Positions 43,426 to 54,984 of a DNA stretch of 64,000 nt are shown one piece after another. This stretch comes from Alphaproteobacteria bacterium (GTDB lineage: Bacteria > Pseudomonadota > Alphaproteobacteria > Rhizobiales > TMED25), in NCBI GenBank assembly GCA_045565315.1, contig JBJLFO010000001.1, positions 977,061 to 1,041,060 on the forward strand, given 5' to 3'. Position 1 is the first letter of the stretch; each line of letters opens with the position of its first letter. The notes beneath the pieces were generated by a model. The model saw nothing but the letters and a program-made list of their open reading frames with translations. It did no database searches and was not told the origin of the DNA. The translations under genes were made by a program, and so were the position numbers.

Positions 43426-43943
43426 GTTTCTGATAACCTTGGCATTATCTCGACAAGGTTACAGGGTTTATGATTTATGTCTAGCTGATATTTCAGTATC
43501 TCATTCCATGCATCACTGCATGCACTTGGTGAGCCGGGAATACAAAAAATAAAAACATTATTGCAGATACCAGCTAAAGCTCTGGATTGAATTGTTGACG
43601 TTCCAATTTTCTTTGAACTAATTTGATGAAAAAGTGAGGAAAATCCATCTATTTTTTTTTCAAGTAATGGTTCAACTGCTTCAGGAGTTATATCTTTACC
43701 AGTTAATCCCGTTCCACCAGTACTTATTATTACGTCCACATTATTTGTTTTAATCCAGCTAATTATACACTCACGAATTTGATCAATGTTATCTGGAACA
43801 ATAATTTTATTAAATACATTATGTTTACTATCTATGATTGCATCATATAGTACCTTTCCAGATTTATCATTCTCTTCCGACCTAGTATCTGAAATTGTTA
43901 TTATACCAATATTTAAGCTTATAAACTTCATTCTTTTATTCAT
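43422..43943 (-). CDS. moaB: Molybdenum cofactor biosynthesis protein B
   Basis: TISDTR, DKSG, STGGTG, QSRA and PGSP. Confidence 0.93.
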   Translation of the reverse strand: MNKRMKFISLNIGIITISDTRSEENDKSGKVLYDAIIDSKHNVFNKIIVPDNIDQIRECIISWIKTNNVDVIISTGGTGLTGKDITPEAVEPLLEKKIDGFSSLFHQISSKKIGTSTIQSRALAGICNNVFIFCIPGSPSACSDAWNEILKYQLDINHKPCNLVEIMPRLSET

Positions 43944-43970
43944 GATATCCTAATTTATCAATTTTAAGGT

Positions 43971-44681
43971 TTACAAATCTTCCTTTATTATTTTTAAGTC
44001 TTCCCATGCTAGCCTCTTAAGAGTTGGTTGTTTTATAAGTATTCTTGGATGAAATAATGGGTATATCTTGATATTTGTATATTTATTATCAAAACTTTTG
44101 CCCCTCACGTCGATAATATTGATAGACTCTTCAAGAATAGTGCTTGTTGCCAATTCTCCTAGTGTTATTATAAATTTTGGCGATAATAATTCAATAATCT
44201 TTTTAACGAATGGATTACAATCATTTATTTCCTTTGCTAAGGGTTTCCTGTTATCAGGGGTTCGCCAAAAGAAAACATTAATTCTAGCGGTTTTATCAAA
44301 ATCAACAGAGATCGCATTTAACATATTTTTTATTAATATCTCACATTGATTTGTAAAAATTTTTTTACTTTTTTCTTCCTCTTCACTAGGATAATCATTT
44401 ACAATTAATATATCTGGTCTTTTGCTACCCTCAAATATACAAGAATTTGAAGAGTAATTCTTTAGATCAGTAATTTGTTGGCTCTCAACAGCTTCCAATA
44501 ATTCATTAATATTTGTGATATTATTTAATTCTGTTTGATCATGTATATTATTTTTATCTAAAGAACTCGGTATTTTAATATCAGATGATTCTTTATTTAG
44601 AAAACCTTCGTTATTTATTATTAAATCAATATTTTCACTCTTATACCAGTTTAGAAGAAATATTTTTTCAAGATTTTTCAT
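43971..44681 (-). CDS. Uracil-DNA glycosylase family 4-like protein (divergent)
   Basis: WRTPDNRKP...C.PF, IITLG..A, RG, FHP and KRLAWEDL; conserved position divergent from ETF-QO. Motif A is altered (NDYPS). Start chosen at ATG 44681. Confidence 0.8.
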   Translation of the reverse strand: MKNLEKIFLLNWYKSENIDLIINNEGFLNKESSDIKIPSSLDKNNIHDQTELNNITNINELLEAVESQQITDLKNYSSNSCIFEGSKRPDILIVNDYPSEEEEKSKKIFTNQCEILIKNMLNAISVDFDKTARINVFFWRTPDNRKPLAKEINDCNPFVKKIIELLSPKFIITLGELATSTILEESINIIDVRGKSFDNKYTNIKIYPLFHPRILIKQPTLKRLAWEDLKIIKEDL

Positions 44682-44811
44682 TGGATGGCTTTCAAAAAAA
44701 ATACAAATTATCTTTTTAATTACAACTATCAATACTATATTTATAATATATATATAAAATAAAAAATATTAATAATAATTGTAAAAATTTGAAAGTGATA
44801 TTTAAATAATT

Positions 44812-46470
44812 ATGAATGATGTGCAGAAAAGAGACTCAATAGAAGTTGATGTTGTAATTATAGGTGCCGGACCTGCGGGTTTGGCCACGGCAATTAGGTT
44901 AAAGGATCAGGCGACGATTGCCAATAAAGAGATAAGTATCACAGTTTTAGAAAAAGGTTCTGAAGTTGGAGCACATATTCTCTCGGGAGCGGTGGTTGAC
45001 CCTATCGGGCTTGATCAGCTCTTGCCTAACTGGAAAGAATTAAGCCCCCCTGTAATGAGCCAAGTTACAGATGATAGATTTTATGTCTTAGGCCCAGCTG
45101 GGAGCATGAGAATTCCTAACTTTTTACTTCCTCGTTTAATGTCTAATCATAATTGTTATGCTACCAGTCTTTCAAATGTAGTTAAATGGTTGGCGTCTAT
45201 TGCAGAATCAAAAGGTATTGATATATATCCTGGTTTCCCAGCATCTAAGTTAATTTTTGAGGAAGATGTTGTAAAAGGTGTTATTACAGGTGATTTTGGT
45301 ATTTCAAAAGATGGGAATACTAAAGAATCATTTATGCAGGGCATGGAAATAAGGGCAAAGTATACAATATTTGCTGAGGGTGCACGTGGCCAGTTGGCTA
45401 AAGAGGTTATTGCAAAGTATAATTTAGACTCAGATTCCGATCACCAAAAATATGGACTCGGAATAAAAGAACTATGGGAAATACCACCTGAAAATCATAA
45501 GCCTGGACTCGTTCAGCATACTATGGGATGGCCTCTAGACAACAAAACAGGTGGTGGTTCATTCATGTATCATTTTGATAAGAATTTAGTATCCGTTGGT
45601 TTTGTTGTTCATCTTAACTATTCAAACCCCACGCTATCACCATTCAACGAATTTCAAAAATTTAAAACGCATCCTCTTATGAAGGACTATTTAACTAATG
45701 GTAAAAGGTTATCCTATGGGGCCAGAGTTATTAGTGAAGGTGGATATCAATCAGTACCAAAACTTACGTTTCCAGGTGGGCTCTTAGTTGGATGCTCAGC
45801 AGGACTTGTCAATGTGCCAAGAATAAAAGGATCCCATAATGCGATTCTTAGTGGTATGATTGCCGCAGATGAAATTATGAAAAAGTTTATATCCAACACA
45901 ACAAATGAAGAAGTTTTTGGGTATCAGAAAGAATACTTTAAAAGTTCAATATCAAAAGAATTAGCAAAGGTCAGAAACGTAAAGCCTCTATGGTCAAGAT
46001 TTGGAACAGTAATAGGTATCATGCTTGGAGGAATTGATATGTGGATGAGAGATATTGGGATTGGGCTTCCTTTTACTCTCTCGCATAAAAATTCTGACTA
46101 TCAAACCCTAAAAAATATAGATCAAGTGAAAATCATTGAATACCCAAAACCAGATGGTGTTTTCTCTTTTGATAAGCTTTCTTCTGTGTATTTATCATCA
46201 ACAAACCATGAAGAAGATCAACCTGTCCATCTTAATGTTACAGATACAAATCTCCAATTATCAAGTGAATACGAAAATTTTGGTGGACCATCACAGCATT
46301 ACTGCCCAGCTGGTGTATATGAGTGGATAAATCAAGACGGAGTAATAAGCTACCAAATTAATGCCCAAAATTGTGTTCACTGTAAAACATGTGATATTAA
46401 AGATCCAAACCAAAACATCATTTGGAAAGCTCCTGAAGGTGGAGGGGGACCAAACTATTCTAATATGTAA
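44812..46470 (+). CDS. Electron transfer flavoprotein-ubiquinone oxidoreductase
   Basis: GAGPAG, HILSGA, CPAGVYE, NCVHCKTCDIKDP and GGGPNY. Confidence 0.97.
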   Translation: MNDVQKRDSIEVDVVIIGAGPAGLATAIRLKDQATIANKEISITVLEKGSEVGAHILSGAVVDPIGLDQLLPNWKELSPPVMSQVTDDRFYVLGPAGSMRIPNFLLPRLMSNHNCYATSLSNVVKWLASIAESKGIDIYPGFPASKLIFEEDVVKGVITGDFGISKDGNTKESFMQGMEIRAKYTIFAEGARGQLAKEVIAKYNLDSDSDHQKYGLGIKELWEIPPENHKPGLVQHTMGWPLDNKTGGGSFMYHFDKNLVSVGFVVHLNYSNPTLSPFNEFQKFKTHPLMKDYLTNGKRLSYGARVISEGGYQSVPKLTFPGGLLVGCSAGLVNVPRIKGSHNAILSGMIAADEIMKKFISNTTNEEVFGYQKEYFKSSISKELAKVRNVKPLWSRFGTVIGIMLGGIDMWMRDIGIGLPFTLSHKNSDYQTLKNIDQVKIIEYPKPDGVFSFDKLSSVYLSSTNHEEDQPVHLNVTDTNLQLSSEYENFGGPSQHYCPAGVYEWINQDGVISYQINAQNCVHCKTCDIKDPNQNIIWKAPEGGGGPNYSNM

Positions 46471-46487
46471 ATTAACCAATTAATAAA

Positions 46488-47336
46488 ATGATTTCTCCCA
46501 GAGTATTTCGAGCAAGTGCAAAAATAAACTTCACATTAGATGTTCTGCGAAAAAGAGAAGATGGCTATCATCAAATAAGAAGTTTAGTAGCTTTCGTAGA
46601 TTTACATGATGAAATACATATTACTCGCTCCGATAAGTTGAATGTAAGTTTTATAAGTGATTTCGAAGAGCAAATTTCACAACAAAATAATAGCCTTACC
46701 AGATTACATCAATATCTAAAATTTATCTATCCTAAAATATATAATTATAGAATAGAAATTAAAAAAAATATTCCAATTTCAGCAGGGCTAGGAGGAGGGT
46801 CTGCAGATGCTGCTATATTTTTGAAATATTTAATAGAGGATAATGATTTAAATTTAACTCAAATGGATCTTCAGGAAATAGGATTTGAAATTGGTGCCGA
46901 TATTCCAGTTTGTTTCTATAATAGACCCGCACTTATTAATGGAATTGGAGAGCATATTACTGAGGCAAAAATTAATAAAAAATTTTATTTAGTACTTGTT
47001 AATCCTATGTTTTCTATTTCTACAAAATATATATATAAAAAATATGATCACAGAGCATCTGTAAAAAATATTAATCCTCAAAATATGCCATTTGAAGATA
47101 TGATAAAATACGGAAAAAATGACTTACAAGATGTTGTTATATCTCAGTCTAAAAATGTAAAACATATTATTGATACAATAGCGCAAACAAATAAATGCTA
47201 TCTTGCAAGGATGACAGGTAGTGGCCCAACATGCTTCGGAGTCTATCAAGATGAGGATAATGCTAGAATAAATGAATTTGAATTGAAAAAAAAATTTCCC
47301 AAATACTGGATCAAGATGGTTAATTTAATATCTTAG
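46488..47336 (+). CDS. ispE: 4-(cytidine 5'-diphospho)-2-C-methyl-D-erythritol kinase
   Basis: AKIN, DGYH, PISAGLGGGSADAA, GADIP and MTGSG. Confidence 0.95.
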   Translation: MISPRVFRASAKINFTLDVLRKREDGYHQIRSLVAFVDLHDEIHITRSDKLNVSFISDFEEQISQQNNSLTRLHQYLKFIYPKIYNYRIEIKKNIPISAGLGGGSADAAIFLKYLIEDNDLNLTQMDLQEIGFEIGADIPVCFYNRPALINGIGEHITEAKINKKFYLVLVNPMFSISTKYIYKKYDHRASVKNINPQNMPFEDMIKYGKNDLQDVVISQSKNVKHIIDTIAQTNKCYLARMTGSGPTCFGVYQDEDNARINEFELKKKFPKYWIKMVNLIS

Positions 47337-48325
47337 CTTTTGCGGCTATATGAAAAATGTGCTCCTTCAATTAGGGCGTCTCTTATATCTGATTTTGGGA
47401 ATACTTGAAGAGCATCTATTGCCTTTTGCCCATATTTCTTTGCTTCATCTAAGGTGATATTTATTGCATTTTTACTTCCGAGTAACTCCAAAACAGTATT
47501 AAAATCATCGTGATCTTTATCCACTTTATTATGTAACTCTTCCCATACCTTTTTCTCAATGGCTGAGGATTTCCTATATGCTGCAATTATTGGAAAGGTT
47601 ATCTTCCCCTCATAAAAATCATCTCCGATATCCTTACCAAGTGCATCATTAGTTGAACTATAGTCGAGAGCATCATCAGATAATTGAAAGGCTATTCCAA
47701 GGAATTGGCCATAGTCTCTCAATGAATTTCTAAAATCAGTTGAGCTATCAGATATAATTGCACCGACTTCTGATGCTGCGCTAAATAATTTGGCTGTTTT
47801 ATTATTTATAATTTTGAAATATTGTTCTTCAGATATATTTATATTATTAGAATAAACTAATTGCATCACTTCGCCTTCGGCAATTATGGATGCAGCACTA
47901 GATAATACCTCTAATGATTCGAGTGATTTTGCATCTACCATCATTTTGAACGCTTCACCCAACAGATAATCACCAACCAAAACACTGGCTTCATTCCCCC
48001 ATAACATTCTTGCACTAATTTTTCCTCTTCGCATACTACTATCATCAACAACATCATCGTGTAGCAAAGTAGCTGTATGCATAAACTCGACACTTGCTGC
48101 TAAGGAAATATGATGATCATTTTTACACTCACATATCTGACTTGCTGATATTGTAAGCATTGGGCGTAACCTTTTCCCTCCTGATGAAATTAGGTACTGA
48201 GATATTTTAGGTATTATTTCTGTATCAGACAGAGTTCTCTGAATTATTAAATCATTCACTCGGCCCATATCTTTTGAAGTAATATTTATGAGTTTATCTA
48301 TACTAGTTATTTTTTCAGGTATCAT
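47333..48325 (-). CDS. ispB: Polyprenyl diphosphate synthase
   Basis: GGKRLRP, HDDVVD...RRG, KTA and FQLSDD. Confidence 0.93.
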   Translation of the reverse strand: MIPEKITSIDKLINITSKDMGRVNDLIIQRTLSDTEIIPKISQYLISSGGKRLRPMLTISASQICECKNDHHISLAASVEFMHTATLLHDDVVDDSSMRRGKISARMLWGNEASVLVGDYLLGEAFKMMVDAKSLESLEVLSSAASIIAEGEVMQLVYSNNINISEEQYFKIINNKTAKLFSAASEVGAIISDSSTDFRNSLRDYGQFLGIAFQLSDDALDYSSTNDALGKDIGDDFYEGKITFPIIAAYRKSSAIEKKVWEELHNKVDKDHDDFNTVLELLGSKNAINITLDEAKKYGQKAIDALQVFPKSDIRDALIEGAHFSYSRKS

Positions 48326-48401
48326 ATTTTTTGCTTTTATTATTTACATAATTTATAAATTGTTTTTTTATATAAATAAACATATTTAATCTAATGATTT
48401 A

Positions 48402-49199
48402 ATGAAAAAAGAAAAAGAAAAAGTATATCAAACAACCCATGATAAGTTTCTAAATGGGTCTATTACGATTGAGCAATTATTAGATGGTGGAAGATCAGGA
48501 TCTGATACTATTCTTCTTGCTGCATCCATTCCAGCTAATCCTGGTGAGGCAATATTAGAGATTGGGACAGGTAATGGAACTGGGACAATTGCATTAGCAA
48601 AGCAGATAGCAGATTTAAAAATAATTGCTATAGATATTGATCCAATAAATCTAAATATTGCAAAACGGAATGTCATCTTAAATAAATTATCTAAAAATAT
48701 TGAAATGCTTAACGAAGATATTACAAAAAAAAATTTATCTTTTTGTTTTAAAAATAAACTAATTAAATCTTTTGATCATATATTTATGAACCCACCATAT
48801 TATGATGCCAAGAAAATTATTTTACCCACTTCAGATCATAATAAAGTTGCGAAATCTTTTGACTATAATTTAATGGATTCGTGGTTGGATATTTCACTAA
48901 GATTGATTAAACAAAAAGGTACAATAACAATCATCAATAAAGTATCTAATTTAGATATCATCATAAGAAAGTTAACTAGATATGGGAGTCTAATCATACT
49001 TCCATTAGTTGCAAATAATAAAAAAGAAACAGATAGGATTATTATTAATTTCAAAATGGGTTCAAAATCTAATACTAGAATTCTAAATTCTATTATTCTT
49101 CATACTGATTTGGGTAAGTACTCTGATGATGTTGAAAATGTTCTGCGGGGAAGAGCTCGAATTGATATTACTAAAACAAATTATTTTTATCAAATATAG
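48402..49199 (+). CDS. tRNA1(Val) A37 N6-methyltransferase-like protein (TrmN6/YfiC family)
   Basis: D.ILLAA, EIGTGNG SAM-binding motif and MNPPY; divergent from ispB. Confidence 0.8.
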   Translation: MKKEKEKVYQTTHDKFLNGSITIEQLLDGGRSGSDTILLAASIPANPGEAILEIGTGNGTGTIALAKQIADLKIIAIDIDPINLNIAKRNVILNKLSKNIEMLNEDITKKNLSFCFKNKLIKSFDHIFMNPPYYDAKKIILPTSDHNKVAKSFDYNLMDSWLDISLRLIKQKGTITIINKVSNLDIIIRKLTRYGSLIILPLVANNKKETDRIIINFKMGSKSNTRILNSIILHTDLGKYSDDVENVLRGRARIDITKTNYFYQI

Positions 49200-49282
49200 G
49201 GAAATACTAAAAAAGTAGTATGGCATTGAGAATATTTCTTATATAGATAATATTAGTTTAATTAACGGAAATAGCTACCGAT

Positions 49283-50176
49283 ATGGCTAAACAAATTTAT
49301 AAAAAAAAAGAACCCACCAAATCATTTCAGGATCTTATACTTATGTTACAAGATTATTGGTCTGCGAAAGGATGTGTTATATTACAACCTTATGATATGG
49401 AAGTCGGTGCCGGGACATTTCATCCGGGAACAATACTTCGGGCTTTAGGGGAAGATGAATGGTTTGCTGCATACGTTCAGCCCTCAAGAAGACCTAGTGA
49501 CGGGAGATTCGGTGAAAATCCAAATAGATTACAGCACTACTATCAATTTCAAGTAGTTTTAAAGCCATCACCTGAGAATATTCAAGATTTATATTTGGAT
49601 AGTCTCGAATATATCGGCATCGATAAACAAAAGCATGATATTAGATTTGTTGAGGATGATTGGGAGAGTCCAACCCTTGGTGCTTGGGGTTTGGGATGGG
49701 AGGTTTGGTGTGATGGTATGGAAGTCTCACAGTTTACGTATTTTCAACAGGTTTGTGGTCATGATTGTAGGCCAGTAACTGGTGAACTGACATATGGGCT
49801 CGAGAGGTTAGCGATGTATGTTCAAGGAATAGATAATGTTTATGATTTAAATTATAATGGTCTAGAAGGTCAAAAAAAAGTTACATATGGAGATATCTTT
49901 AGAAAAGCAGAAAAAGAGTTTTCTGAATATAATTTTAATTATGCAAATACTCAAATGATAACTGAACAGTTTAGTAAGATTGAAGAAGAGTGTGTTTCTC
50001 TAGCCAATCAGCGACTCGCACTGCCTGCATATGATCAGTGCATAAAAGCATCTCATTTATTTAATTTACTAGATGCCAGGGGAGCAATATCCGTGACTGA
50101 GAGGCAATCATATATTCTAAGGGTAAGAGCACTTGCAAAACTATCAGCTGATGCATGGATTTCAACAAGAAGTTAA
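49283..50176 (+). CDS. glyQ: Glycine--tRNA ligase alpha subunit
   Basis: [32 protein letters not shown] and ELTYGLER. Confidence 0.99.
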   Translation: MAKQIYKKKEPTKSFQDLILMLQDYWSAKGCVILQPYDMEVGAGTFHPGTILRALGEDEWFAAYVQPSRRPSDGRFGENPNRLQHYYQFQVVLKPSPENIQDLYLDSLEYIGIDKQKHDIRFVEDDWESPTLGAWGLGWEVWCDGMEVSQFTYFQQVCGHDCRPVTGELTYGLERLAMYVQGIDNVYDLNYNGLEGQKKVTYGDIFRKAEKEFSEYNFNYANTQMITEQFSKIEEECVSLANQRLALPAYDQCIKASHLFNLLDARGAISVTERQSYILRVRALAKLSADAWISTRS

Positions 50177-50202
50177 TTTGAGTACTAGGATTACATATAA
50201 AA

Positions 50203-52290
50203 ATGGCTAATTTCATTTTAGAACTTTTATCAGAAGAAATTCCATCAAGAATGCAAAAGCAGGCATCGATTTTTTTAGTAAAACAATTTGAAGAGAAAAT
50301 TAATTTTTGTGGCGTTCAATATGAAGATTTAAAAGTATTTTTCTCTTCAAGAAGACTTTCAATTATTATTTATAATATTGCTGTCCAAAGTAATGAGGTT
50401 AACTCTGTAATATTGGGTCCTAGAGTTGACTCACCTGAAAAAGCCATTTCAGGTTTTTTAAAATCTAATAACATTAGAAGCTTAGATATGTGTAATGTTA
50501 TTCCAGATAAGAAGGGTGATAGGTATCAATTTATAAGTAAGATACCTCCCAAGTTAACTAATGAAATATTATCTGAAATAGTTATAGAGATTGTGTCCAA
50601 GTTTTCGTGGCCAAAATCAATGAGATGGGGAGATGGTAATTTAAAGTGGGTTAGACCAATCAGAAATATTCTCGCAATAATGATAGATGGAATAAAGATT
50701 GATACATTGGATATAAAGATTGGCGACATTGCTGCCCAAAACTTTACTTATGGGCATAGATTTATGAAAAATGATAAAATTTTTATTAAAAATATATCGA
50801 ATTATTTCTCAGACTTGGAGGATAATTTTGTAATTCTTGAAGACTCCAAAAGAAAAGATTTGATAGTATCCCAAATAAATCAAATTGAAAAAAAATATAA
50901 TATTAAGGTGATTGAGGATGCATCACTATTAGACGAAGTTTCAGGCCTAGTTGAGTGGCCGGTAGTTTTATTAGCAGACTTTAACCAAGAGTTTCTCTCA
51001 TTACCACCGGAGGTTTTGCAAACTTCAATGAGAAGCCATCAGAAGTATTTCTCAGTATTAGATGGTAAGTCAAATAAAATAACAAATAAATTTATACTTA
51101 TTGCAAATATATATTCTAAAGATCAAGGTGCTTCTATAATATTAGGGAATCAGCGAGTCTTATCTGCGAGATTACACGATGCTAAATTTTTTTGGGAGAA
51201 AGATCTATCTCACCCACTTGCAGATAATTATCACCTTTTAAAAAGAGTTACATACCACCAAAAACTCGGAAGCTTGTTTGAGAAAGTGGAGAGGATTGAA
51301 GAAATTGCAAAAGATATAGCTAGTTATTTAGAAATTGATAAAATTAAACTTCCAATCGCTGCTAAATTAATAAAAAATGATTTGTTATCTGAAATGGTTG
51401 TTGAGTTTCCTGAGCTACAAGGGGTAATGGGTCATTATTATGCAGTTCAACAAGGTTATGAATTAGATATATGTAACTCGATCAAAGATCATTATTTACC
51501 AAATTCGCCCAAAGACCCAACTCCGGATGAGCCGATATCCTATATTCTCTCAATTGCTGATAAACTTGATAGTCTTATCTGCTTCTGGTCCATAGGAGAA
51601 AAACCAACTGGTTCAAAAGATCCTTTTGCATTAAGAAGGGCTGGAAATGGAATAGTAAGAAATATTATTGAGAATGAATTAGATATAGAGCTTGATAATC
51701 TAATACACAATATATTTAAGAAATCTAATATTTGTCAAAGTAAAGATAAGGAAATAATATCGAGTGACTTAATAAGTTTTTTCAATGATCGGATGAAGAG
51801 TTATCTGCAATACAAGGGAATGGATATTAATCTCTATGAGTCAATAATGAAACTTGAGGAGTCTTGCAATCTTTCATTAATTTACCGTAAATTGGTACTT
51901 TTAGATCATTTTAGAAAGGATAAAAATGGAGAAATTTTCTTAAAATCTATAAAAAGAGTGAATAATATCTTAGAGCCAATAGATAATAAAATTAAGCTAG
52001 ATAGAGATCATATAAAAATATCCGAAGATTTATTAACAAAAAAAGTTGAAAAAAATTTATATAAATTGATATTGGAACTTAGAAAACAAGTAATTGATAA
52101 AAATAATATCAAACAGTTGGAAGAATACCTATACATGAATTGTAAATTATCAAATCTCATAAATGATTTCTTTGATAACATTATTGTGAACGATGAAAAT
52201 AATGATTTAAAAAACAATAGAATGCATTTACTGTATGCAATAATAAATCTTACAAGTGATTTATTTGACATAAAATCAATTGAGATATAG
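50203..52290 (+). CDS. glyS: Glycine--tRNA ligase beta subunit
   Basis: SEEIP, WPKSMRW, HQKYF, EFPELQG and PTGSKDPFALRR. Confidence 0.97.
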   Translation: MANFILELLSEEIPSRMQKQASIFLVKQFEEKINFCGVQYEDLKVFFSSRRLSIIIYNIAVQSNEVNSVILGPRVDSPEKAISGFLKSNNIRSLDMCNVIPDKKGDRYQFISKIPPKLTNEILSEIVIEIVSKFSWPKSMRWGDGNLKWVRPIRNILAIMIDGIKIDTLDIKIGDIAAQNFTYGHRFMKNDKIFIKNISNYFSDLEDNFVILEDSKRKDLIVSQINQIEKKYNIKVIEDASLLDEVSGLVEWPVVLLADFNQEFLSLPPEVLQTSMRSHQKYFSVLDGKSNKITNKFILIANIYSKDQGASIILGNQRVLSARLHDAKFFWEKDLSHPLADNYHLLKRVTYHQKLGSLFEKVERIEEIAKDIASYLEIDKIKLPIAAKLIKNDLLSEMVVEFPELQGVMGHYYAVQQGYELDICNSIKDHYLPNSPKDPTPDEPISYILSIADKLDSLICFWSIGEKPTGSKDPFALRRAGNGIVRNIIENELDIELDNLIHNIFKKSNICQSKDKEIISSDLISFFNDRMKSYLQYKGMDINLYESIMKLEESCNLSLIYRKLVLLDHFRKDKNGEIFLKSIKRVNNILEPIDNKIKLDRDHIKISEDLLTKKVEKNLYKLILELRKQVIDKNNIKQLEEYLYMNCKLSNLINDFFDNIIVNDENNDLKNNRMHLLYAIINLTSDLFDIKSIEI

Positions 52291-52310
52291 AGAATTATCT
52301 AGGATTTAAT

Positions 52311-54974
52311 ATGAACAAATGGGTTTACATTTTTAGCAAAGAGCAAACTGATGGGGAAGCAAAGATGCTAGACCTATTAGGTGGGAAGGGAGCTAATTTG
52401 GCAGAAATGTCAAAATTAGGATTACCAGTACCACCAGGTTTTACTATTACAACAGATGTATGTAATCAGTTTTACAAAAATGATAAAAAATTCCCAGAAG
52501 ATCTCTATGATCAGGTTTCAAGAGCTATCAATCAAATTGAAGAATTAGTTAAAAATCAGTTTGGTTCAAATCAGAATCCATTACTTGTATCTGTAAGATC
52601 AGGAGCAAGGTCTTCCATGCCTGGGATGTTAGATACTGTTTTAAATTTAGGTTTGAACGATAGTACTGTTGTTGGATTAGCTAAAAAATCAGGAGATGAT
52701 CGTTTTGCATTCGACTCATATAGAAGATTTATACAGATGTATTCTGACGTAGTATTAAATATAGAACATCATTATTTTGAGGATATACTTGAAGACTACA
52801 AATTAGAAAATGATTATATTTTAGATACAGATCTCATGGGTAATGATTGGAAAAATATTGTTGATTTATATAAGAAAGAGGTTTCAAACATTACAGGGAA
52901 TGAATTCCCTCAAGATGTAAATGAGCAATTATGGGGTTCAATCTCAGCTGTTTTCCTATCTTGGCAGAATAATAGAGCTGTCACTTACAGAAGGCTTAAT
53001 GATATTCCAGACCATTGGGGAACAGCTGTGAATATACAAGCTATGGTTTTTGGAAATCTTGACGATAATAGCGCTACAGGAGTTGCGTTTACAAGAAATC
53101 CATCTAATGGTGATAGAAGATTCTACGGCGAATTCCTTGTAAATGCTCAAGGGGAAGATGTCGTTGCAGGTATAAGAACTCCTCAAAATATAACAGAAGA
53201 GGCAAGATTAGATGCTAATTCTGATGATATTTCTCTTGAGAAGTTAATGCCAAAAATATATGAAAATCTCATTGATTTAGCGAATAAATTAGAATCTCAT
53301 TATCTTGATATGCAAGATATAGAATTTACTATTCAACAAGGAAAATTGTGGATACTACAAACACGGTCAGGTAAACGGACATCACATGCTGCAATAAAAA
53401 TAGCTGTTGATATGCACGAAGAGGGTTATATTACAAAGCAAGTTGCAATATCACGTATTAATCCTGCTAGCTTAGACCAGCTATTGCATCCAACAATTGA
53501 TCAAGAAACAGAAATTGAAATTATAGCAAAAGGCTTGCCGGCATCACCGGGTGCTGCTTCTGGAAAAATTGTGTTTAGTGCGGACGATGCCGAGAAAGCG
53601 TCAAATGAAGGGGAAAAAGTTATATTAACTAGAATTGAAACAAGCCCTGAAGATATTCATGGAATGCATGCTGCTCAGGGTATTCTTACAACCCGAGGTG
53701 GGATGACAAGTCATGCAGCAGTTGTAGCAAGGGGAATGGGAAGACCCTGTATTTCTGGAGCTGGTTCTCTAAGAATTGATTATGATTCAGGGTCCGTTTT
53801 TGTCAATGATAAGGTATATAAAGCCGGGGATATTATTACAATTGATGGTACTTCAGGTAATATAATTAGTGGGAATGTAAAGATGAAAGAACCGGATTTA
53901 TCTGGTGACTTTCAGAAAGTGATGAAATGGGCAGATCAAATAAGAAAATTAAAGATCAGAGCTAATGCTGAAACCAAATTAGATGCTACGGTAGCAAAGA
54001 ATTTTGGTGCTGAAGGTATTGGTCTATGCCGTACAGAGCATATGTTTTTTGAAGAAGGAAGGATTAACTCAGTAAGAGAAATGATCCTTGCAAAAGATGA
54101 AGAAGCAAGAAGATTTGCCTTATTAAAATTACTTCCGATGCAAAAGAATGATTTTGTTGACTTATTCAAAGTTATGGGAGACCTTCCAGTAACAATAAGG
54201 TTATTAGACCCTCCATTACATGAGTTCCTGCCACATGCTGAGGAAGACTTTGCAGAGGTTGCCGGCTCCCTAAATATTAAAGTTGATGATTTAAAGCAGC
54301 GGGTATCAGAATTAATTGAGTCTAACCCAATGCTTGGTCATAGGGGTTGTAGACTTGGAATCACTTATCCAGAAATACCGGAAATGCAGGCAAGGGCAAT
54401 CTTTGAAGCAAGTGTTCAGATGAAACAAGAATTTAATCAAATTGTTACACCAGAGATAATGGTACCATTAATAACTTCAAAATCTGAGCTTCAGATAATT
54501 AAAGATGTAATTGATCTCGTAGCAATCGAAATTTCAAAGAAGTCAGGAATAAAATTAAATTATACAGTTGGAACTATGATTGAGTTGCCGAGAGCCGCAC
54601 TCAGATCAGCTGAAATTGCAGAAATCGCAGATTTTTTCTCCTTTGGAACTAATGATTTAACCCAAACTACATTTGGTATAAGTCGAGATGATGCATCAAA
54701 ATTCTTACAAGAATACGTAGATAAGAATATACTTGAAAAAGACCCATTTGTTTCAATAGATGTGGAGGGCGTAGGAGAGTTAATCGAAATATCAGCAACA
54801 AGAGGAAGATCTATAAATAGAAAAATTAAACTGGGTATCTGCGGTGAGCATGGTGGAGATCCGAATTCAATTGATTTTTGCGCTAGCAAAAATTTAGACT
54901 ATGTTTCCTGCTCTCCATATCGTGTTCCAATAGCTCGCTTGGCGGCAGCCCAAGCTGAGATCAAAAAGAAATAA
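52311..54974 (+). CDS. ppdK: Pyruvate, phosphate dikinase
   Basis: GGKGANL, SVRSGA, GGMTSHAA (phospho-His), GTNDLTQ and CGEHGG. Confidence 0.99.
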   Translation: MNKWVYIFSKEQTDGEAKMLDLLGGKGANLAEMSKLGLPVPPGFTITTDVCNQFYKNDKKFPEDLYDQVSRAINQIEELVKNQFGSNQNPLLVSVRSGARSSMPGMLDTVLNLGLNDSTVVGLAKKSGDDRFAFDSYRRFIQMYSDVVLNIEHHYFEDILEDYKLENDYILDTDLMGNDWKNIVDLYKKEVSNITGNEFPQDVNEQLWGSISAVFLSWQNNRAVTYRRLNDIPDHWGTAVNIQAMVFGNLDDNSATGVAFTRNPSNGDRRFYGEFLVNAQGEDVVAGIRTPQNITEEARLDANSDDISLEKLMPKIYENLIDLANKLESHYLDMQDIEFTIQQGKLWILQTRSGKRTSHAAIKIAVDMHEEGYITKQVAISRINPASLDQLLHPTIDQETEIEIIAKGLPASPGAASGKIVFSADDAEKASNEGEKVILTRIETSPEDIHGMHAAQGILTTRGGMTSHAAVVARGMGRPCISGAGSLRIDYDSGSVFVNDKVYKAGDIITIDGTSGNIISGNVKMKEPDLSGDFQKVMKWADQIRKLKIRANAETKLDATVAKNFGAEGIGLCRTEHMFFEEGRINSVREMILAKDEEARRFALLKLLPMQKNDFVDLFKVMGDLPVTIRLLDPPLHEFLPHAEEDFAEVAGSLNIKVDDLKQRVSELIESNPMLGHRGCRLGITYPEIPEMQARAIFEASVQMKQEFNQIVTPEIMVPLITSKSELQIIKDVIDLVAIEISKKSGIKLNYTVGTMIELPRAALRSAEIAEIADFFSFGTNDLTQTTFGISRDDASKFLQEYVDKNILEKDPFVSIDVEGVGELIEISATRGRSINRKIKLGICGEHGGDPNSIDFCASKNLDYVSCSPYRVPIARLAAAQAEIKKK

Positions 54975-54984
54975 ATTCAAATTA

